A stretch of DNA of 31,392 nt, from the NCBI GenBank assembly GCA_029856145.1, contig JAHQWK010000018.1:1-31392 (forward strand), in the 5' to 3' direction. The position numbers and the translations under genes are program-made. Positions 26,453 to 31,392 of the stretch are shown here, piece by piece; the first letter of the stretch is position 1; each line of letters begins with the position of its first letter. Source of the stretch: Promethearchaeia archaeon (lineage in GTDB: Archaea > Asgardarchaeota > Lokiarchaeia > Sigyniarchaeales > SOKP01). The notes below the pieces were generated by a model. That model worked only from the letters and a program-made list of their open reading frames with translations. It had not been told where the DNA came from and made no database searches.

Positions 26453-27246
26453 AATCCTTGTTCCTCCCGAAATATTCTATCGATATAGTCTTCATCAAAA
26501 CAAGCTCCTTCCCCGTTAAATAATTTTCTTTTACAAAACTCCTTTAATCCAGCTTTAGCACAATATCTTAACATAACTTTTGGAAACTCATCTGTTAATA
26601 GGGCATCACCTCTCCATATGAGCGTTCCGTGATCAGCAACCATTCCGATATCTTCTCTATGTGTAATCAATAAAATCGTCATATTTAATTCCTTAATTTT
26701 TCCAAAGATATTCAGAAAATCTTCAATTACAATGAAATCTAAACCAGAATCAGGTTCATCTAGAATGATTAATCTAGGTCTCATAGCGATTACAGCTGCT
26801 AACTCGACTCGTTTTCTCTCCCCTCCACTTAATGACTCATCTATGGTTCGATTCATATATCTTTCAGGATCTAAATTTACGATTTTTAATGCTTCAATGA
26901 TTCGATCCTTGAGATTTATCTTATCCTTGACTCCAAGAGAAATATACTTAGGAATAGATAATCCATCTATTCTAGCAGGTTCTTGCCATGCTAAAGTTAT
27001 TCCTAACTTAGCACGTTCAGTTATATTCATATTCGTTATGTCAATTCCATCAAAATAGATTTTTCCCTCAGAGGGTTTATAATTTTCTAATCCCATTATA
27101 GCGTATGCTAGTGTCGATTTACCTGAACCATTTGGACCAATTACTGCATGAATTGACCCTTCTTTCACCTTAAATGAAACCTTGTTTACAATTACGCATT
27201 TTTGATCTATTGTAGGTATCGTTAAATCTTTCACTTCTAAAATCAA
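26449..27246 (-). CDS. sufC: SufC-like ABC ATPase (SmsC-type)
   Basis: GPNGSGKS, LAWQEP, LSGGE, LDEPDSG, ITH and three C-terminal Cys. TTG start with GAGTGA upstream. Confidence 0.93.
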   Translation of the reverse strand: MILEVKDLTIPTIDQKCVIVNKVSFKVKEGSIHAVIGPNGSGKSTLAYAIMGLENYKPSEGKIYFDGIDITNMNITERAKLGITLAWQEPARIDGLSIPKYISLGVKDKINLKDRIIEALKIVNLDPERYMNRTIDESLSGGERKRVELAAVIAMRPRLIILDEPDSGLDFIVIEDFLNIFGKIKELNMTILLITHREDIGMVADHGTLIWRGDALLTDEFPKVMLRYCAKAGLKEFCKRKLFNGEGACFDEDYIDRIFREEQGL

Positions 27247-27484
27247 TTTGATTCACTCAAGATTTTGTATTACAAATTTTTATTGAAAACTCAACTAAGT
27301 TATTAAATGCTTTTTTTAATAAAAACTTAAATTTTCTCCAAATTGTCTTTAATAGGAAATCTACAAAACCAAGTCTATAACTAGAATATAGTAGATAAAT
27401 TAAAAAAGACCTTTAATATTATATTCTTAGATTCAATTATATACTTAAAAATAAGATATACATAATTATAATTTATTTTAAAAA

Positions 27485-28285
27485 GTGAAATTAATGGATA
27501 AGAAAGAGTACATTTGTGAGAAGGGGAAGAAGAGTTCTATTGTTATAGAAGATCTTTCAGTTCAGATTAAAGAAGGAGCAACTCTTGTTTTAGGATTTGC
27601 GGGAATTGGGCTTATAGGCCCTATTGTCGCTAACACTTTAATAGAACAATTACCAGATATTAAAGAAATCGGCTTTATCACTAGTGAGTATCTCCCACCT
27701 ATCTCCGTGTTTTATGCTGGTGTTTTAAAACATCCTTTTAGAATACTTTACTCCGCTCAAAATAATTTAATTATAGGGATATGTGAGGTACCTTTCCAAG
27801 TAACTACAGCTTACAATGATTTGAGTAGAACTATTTGTAATTGGGCTTTATCTGATGACGTGAAAGCGAAAGAGCTAGTTATTTTTCAAGGAATTCCTCA
27901 GAGAGGTATTGTTGACGAATATCCTGTTTATTATGCTGCTGAAGAGATAATGATAGAACACCTTGAAAAGTTTGGAATTACAAAAGTCGAGAAAGGAATA
28001 ATCGTGGGACCCGAAGCTACTGTATTAAATGAAGCATTAATGAACAGATTGAATGCTTATGCTTTATTCACACCTGTATTAGAAATACCCACTCCAGAAG
28101 GTGCTGCCAGCATTTTAGAGGTATTGAACACAATTTACAATTTAAGTATTGATACTACCTCTCTTATAGAACAAGGAAAAGAAATTAAAGCAAAAATGTT
28201 AGAATTAGCACAGAAAGCTCAAGAGTACCAGCAGCAACAACAACTCCCTGGAAAAAAAGAAGCTTATACAAGATATTTTCAATAA
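27485..28285 (+). CDS. Proteasome assembly chaperone PAC2-family protein
   Basis: LVLGFAGIGLIGPI, LPPISVF..G...HPFRI, G.IVGP, P.PEGAA..L and I.T..LIE....I. Start is GTG 27485 or ATG 27494. Confidence 0.88.
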   Translation: MKLMDKKEYICEKGKKSSIVIEDLSVQIKEGATLVLGFAGIGLIGPIVANTLIEQLPDIKEIGFITSEYLPPISVFYAGVLKHPFRILYSAQNNLIIGICEVPFQVTTAYNDLSRTICNWALSDDVKAKELVIFQGIPQRGIVDEYPVYYAAEEIMIEHLEKFGITKVEKGIIVGPEATVLNEALMNRLNAYALFTPVLEIPTPEGAASILEVLNTIYNLSIDTTSLIEQGKEIKAKMLELAQKAQEYQQQQQLPGKKEAYTRYFQ

Positions 28286-28289
28286 ATAT

Positions 28290-28340
28290 CTATTTTATTT
28301 TTGATTCTCTAATTATTTTTTTATTTTATTTTTATATTTT
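28290..28340 (+). terminator. Oligo-T terminator after the PAC2 gene
   Basis: Multiple T4-T7 runs directly after the stop codon. Confidence 0.5.
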
Positions 28341-28470
28341 CAACCAATATGTTTTATCTACTTTATTTATTGATAATCTATAAAAATTAATTTTAAAATC
28401 CACCCTTATTTAGATAAATTTAATAAATATTACTAAAAAACAATAAGAATAGATTCTGAGGTAGTCTCTT

Positions 28471-28911
28471 ATAAAGGAAAAATTTATCCCCGTACAAATT
28501 GATCAAGAATTATGTTTAAGATGCGAACGGTGTTTACGAGCATGCAAGGCTAAAGCAATTTATTTTGAGCATGGAATTAGAAAAATTGATTATACTAAAT
28601 GTAAAGCATGTTTAAATTGTGTTCAAGTTTGTCCGAGAAATGCTATAGAAGTAACTTCAATAACAAGTCCAGATCAAATTGTAAGTATCAAAATAGATCA
28701 TGAGAAATGTACTCTTTGTGAAAAATGCCTTGATGAAAATGGTAAATTCTGTCCTAAAAACCTTTTCTATAAAGATATTGTTAAAAAAGTAGGAAGAGAA
28801 GAAGAAGGAGTTAGATATAAGTATAGAGAAATCGCAAAATGTCAAGGTTGTTTAAAATGCGAATTATCTTGTCCAGAAGGGGCAATTAGACCTGTGAAAT
28901 TTGAAGCTTAA
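28471..28911 (+). CDS. Polyferredoxin with four [4Fe-4S] motifs (146 aa), ATA start, absent from the ORF track
   Basis: Manual translation gives CLRCERCLRAC, CKACLNCVQVCP, CTLCEKCLDENGKFCP and CQGCLKCELSCP. In-frame TAG at 28462-28464. GAGGT at 28458-28462 lies 8 nt before ATA 28471. Confidence 0.93.
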   Translation: MKEKFIPVQIDQELCLRCERCLRACKAKAIYFEHGIRKIDYTKCKACLNCVQVCPRNAIEVTSITSPDQIVSIKIDHEKCTLCEKCLDENGKFCPKNLFYKDIVKKVGREEEGVRYKYREIAKCQGCLKCELSCPEGAIRPVKFEA

Positions 28912-28920
28912 GGAAAAAAT

Positions 28921-29484
28921 TCAGATTTTTTCATTTATTTTCTCGATTATCAGCTTTTTAATTTCCGAAAAATCTGAGATAACTTGAACTCCTTCAAGAT
29001 TTTTCAATCTCTTAATGTTTTCAAGCTCAATGTCTCTTATTTTCAATGTTAGGGGTGAACCATCAGGTCGAGTTGTAACAATTGGTTCGGTATCTTGATC
29101 TGATGGAAATAGATATACTCTCTGCCCACCTTTTATTGCTTGCGCAACACAGTTGGTGATTAGAGTATCTGCTATCCCATAAACAATCTTCGCTACAGAA
29201 TTAGCAGAGACGGGGCAAACTAAAAACATATCATAATTACCAAGTTGTAGAGGTCCGGCATAAAACGGAATATTAGGAGTCTTTTCTACTTTAACCTTTT
29301 TAACGGTTTCAGTCAATAGTAGCCATTTTTTATACCATTTAACAACTGCAGCACCTTCTTTAGATAAAATTACAGTTATATCAACGTCATAATTATCTTG
29401 CAATTCTTTCATTAAATCAATTGAATCTTGGAGCACATAACCTGTTCCAGTTATTCCGAACATAATTTTAAAAGTCATAATCAC
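28921..29484 (-). CDS. Archaeoflavoprotein AfpA-like (HFCD-fold FMN flavoprotein)
   Basis: KI.FGITGTG, LSKEG..V.KWY, G.LQ.G.YD and P.SANSVAKIV.GIADTL.TN..AQA.KG...P.D. Confidence 0.87.
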   Translation of the reverse strand: MIMTFKIMFGITGTGYVLQDSIDLMKELQDNYDVDITVILSKEGAAVVKWYKKWLLLTETVKKVKVEKTPNIPFYAGPLQLGNYDMFLVCPVSANSVAKIVYGIADTLITNCVAQAIKGGQRVYLFPSDQDTEPIVTTRPDGSPLTLKIRDIELENIKRLKNLEGVQVISDFSEIKKLIIEKINEKI

Positions 29485-29581
29485 ATATTTTCTAAATCAT
29501 TTTGTTATAAGAAGAATTAATAATTTAAGCATAATAAATATTTAATGAGTATTTTCTAAAATTATTACTTTCAGATCTAAT

Positions 29582-30808
29582 ATGAATGATTCAAAATATA
29601 TTTACCTTGATAACGCTGCGACCACTCCAATGGATCCTAGGGTTATTGAAGAAGTTAGAAAACATCTTAGAGAAACTTATGGAAATCCTTCCAGTCTACA
29701 CTCAGTAGGGCAAAAAGCGGGGCAAATATTGTTAAAATCACGCGAAATGATAGCATTATTAATTAATTCGAAAAGGGATGATATTTTTTTCACTTCTTCG
29801 GGAACAGAAGCAGACAATATTGCTATTTTTGGAGTCGCATCAAAAAACAAGGAAAGAGGCAATCATATAATTACAACTTCAATTGAACACCATGCCGTAG
29901 AAAACCCTTATAAAGAATTAGAAAAAAGAGGGTTTAAGGTTACTTTTCTATCGGTTGATAAATATGGTCTTATTAATACAGAAGATTTAGAGAATGCAAT
30001 AACAAAAAAGACCATCCTAATCAGTATCATGTTTGCTAATAATGAAATTGGTACAATTGAGCCAATAAAAGAGATTGGAGAAATAGCAAAAACACATGAT
30101 ATCATCTTTCATACAGATGCTGTGCAGGCTTTTGGAAAAATTCCAATTGATGTTAATGAAATGAATATTGATTTGTTATCTGCTTCTGCTCATAAGCTCT
30201 ATGGGCCTAAAGGTGTAGGGATGCTGTATATTCGCAATAAAGGAGTAAGAGAAGGTTGGGGTAAATTTATTGAACCAATAATGTATGGTGGAGGTCATGA
30301 AAGAGATATGAGGCCAAGTACAGTAAATGTTCCAGGAATTGCAGGTTTTGCAAAAGCAGCAGAGTTAGCTAAAGAAGAAATGGAGGAAGAAGCTCGAAGA
30401 CAGATAAAATTAAGAGACAAAATTATTAAATGGGTGACAGAAAATATTGAGGATAGTTATTTGAATGGTCATCCCACAAAAAGACTTCCAAATAATGTGA
30501 ATTTAGGCTTTAGCTATGTTGAAGGAGAATCAATCGTATTGGATTTAGATATGGAAGGGATAGCGACATCCACGGGTTCAGCTTGTTCTTCAAAATCATT
30601 AGATCCTTCTCATGTATTATTAGCTATAGGTTTGAAACCAGAAGAAGCTCATGGGTCTTTAAGGGTTACAGTTGGAAGGTTTATTACGGAAGATGATGTA
30701 AATTACTTTCTAGAAAAATTACCCCCAATAATAGAGAGACTTAGAAAAATATCACCTCTTAAAAAGGGTGTTGAATATGTGTTTGATAAGAATAACAATC
30801 ATTATTAA
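29582..30808 (+). CDS. iscS: Cysteine desulfurase, group I (IscS/NifS)
   Basis: YLDNAATT, SGTEADN, HTDAVQ, PLP-lysine motif SAHKLYGPKG and catalytic loop STGSACSS. Confidence 0.96.
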   Translation: MNDSKYIYLDNAATTPMDPRVIEEVRKHLRETYGNPSSLHSVGQKAGQILLKSREMIALLINSKRDDIFFTSSGTEADNIAIFGVASKNKERGNHIITTSIEHHAVENPYKELEKRGFKVTFLSVDKYGLINTEDLENAITKKTILISIMFANNEIGTIEPIKEIGEIAKTHDIIFHTDAVQAFGKIPIDVNEMNIDLLSASAHKLYGPKGVGMLYIRNKGVREGWGKFIEPIMYGGGHERDMRPSTVNVPGIAGFAKAAELAKEEMEEEARRQIKLRDKIIKWVTENIEDSYLNGHPTKRLPNNVNLGFSYVEGESIVLDLDMEGIATSTGSACSSKSLDPSHVLLAIGLKPEEAHGSLRVTVGRFITEDDVNYFLEKLPPIIERLRKISPLKKGVEYVFDKNNNHY

Positions 30809-30843
30809 TTGTTTATAATTTACTTGAAAGGTTAAATTTAAAA

Positions 30844-31392
30844 ATGGATGATCACAAAAAGCTTGCAATTGTAATTTTAATAGGCGGAAAAAATATCCGC
30901 TTTGGAAATGAATCTGCTGCTGTTTTAGATGTACTCGGAAAACCGTTAATTTTACACCAAATAGAAACGCTGTCTAATTTTGACGAAGATGTTTTTTTGG
31001 TTGCTAACTCAGAATATCAGATTAATTCCTATTATAGGGAGATTAATTTTCCAAGAGATATTAACTTCATCGTTGACGATACAGAAATAATAGGAAAATT
31101 AGATGTAAGAACTCCAATGTTAGGTATATATTCTGGTTTTAAAGAATTGAATAATTTAGGTTTTGAAAAGGGCTTTCTATTATCGGGCGATATGCCTTTA
31201 ATCAAACCTGAAGTGATCCAATTATTGATTAAAGAAGTCAAAGGATACGATTGTTGTATTCCAAGATGGAATAATGGATTTTTAGAGCCATTATTTGCTA
31301 TCTATCCTGTTGAAAAAACGTATGAACTTGCGAAAAAAACAATTCAAGAAAAAAATTATGCTTTAAATAATATAATCGATAAGACTTGGAAC
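30844..31392 (+). CDS. mobA: Molybdenum cofactor guanylyltransferase MobA-like, partial (runs off the window edge)
   Basis: Manual translation: MDDHKKLAIVILIGGKNIRFG...GKPLI...TPMLGIYSG...LLSGDMPLI...IPRWNNGFLEPLFAIY. The frame is open to the window end. Confidence 0.85.
   Translation, partial: MDDHKKLAIVILIGGKNIRFGNESAAVLDVLGKPLILHQIETLSNFDEDVFLVANSEYQINSYYREINFPRDINFIVDDTEIIGKLDVRTPMLGIYSGFKELNNLGFEKGFLLSGDMPLIKPEVIQLLIKEVKGYDCCIPRWNNGFLEPLFAIYPVEKTYELAKKTIQEKNYALNNIIDKTWN

Noticed and set aside
28657-28845. 62-aa minus-strand ORF in the ORF track
   Set aside because: It is the antisense shadow of the plus-strand polyferredoxin.
13616-28923. Selenocysteine read-through at TGA-ending genes (13616, 17111, 26449, 28921)
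   Set aside because: Each protein is already complete at the TGA. The downstream frames close quickly or run into the neighbouring gene, and I recognised no SECIS-like hairpin.
1784-30105. Other short nested ORFs (1784, 2004, 4011, 4216, 8461, 10522, 11006, 14213, 15341, 16526, 23448, 25704, 26732, 29677, 29908)
   Set aside because: All lie within or almost entirely overlap well-supported genes, on the opposite strand or in another frame, and show no recognisable motifs.
31032-31241. 69-aa minus-strand ORF
   Set aside because: It is antisense to the mobA-like gene.
1-31392. CRISPR array, IS element or provirus
   Set aside because: I recognised no regularly spaced repeats, transposase, integrase or viral structural genes. 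The A/T runs are ordinary terminator or promoter sequence.

Overview
AT-rich archaeal chromosomal window, most consistent with an Asgard archaeon (Lokiarchaeia/Promethearchaeota). This is an inference from the archaeal tRNA intron, PAC2, SMS-type SufC/SufBD, AfpA, the ACD alpha subunit and zinc-ribbon membrane proteins. I see no mobile element or CRISPR array. Contents, in order: a partial GNAT gene; a zinc-ribbon/CFI-box-CTERM gene broken by an in-frame TAA; tRNA-Ala(GGC) with a D-loop intron; two divergently transcribed ~1,350-aa membrane-anchored S8 subtilases; housekeeping genes (rpiA, purE, thiolase, dodecin, TPR, GNAT-like, dut, ADP-forming acyl-CoA synthetase alpha, gatC, HAD); a MoxR AAA+ / HEXXH-VWA / transglutaminase-like cluster; and an Fe-S/cofactor neighbourhood (wHTH-sufBD-sufC, PAC2, polyferredoxin, AfpA, IscS, MobA). 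The best lead is the second subtilase (6233-10246). Its architecture and motifs match my recollection of eukaryotic Site-1 protease (SKI-1/S1P/MBTPS1), and it adds a cytoplasmic zinc ribbon. Three probable genes absent from the ORF track have no ATG/GTG/TTG start. All family calls are by-eye motif recognition; no database search was run.
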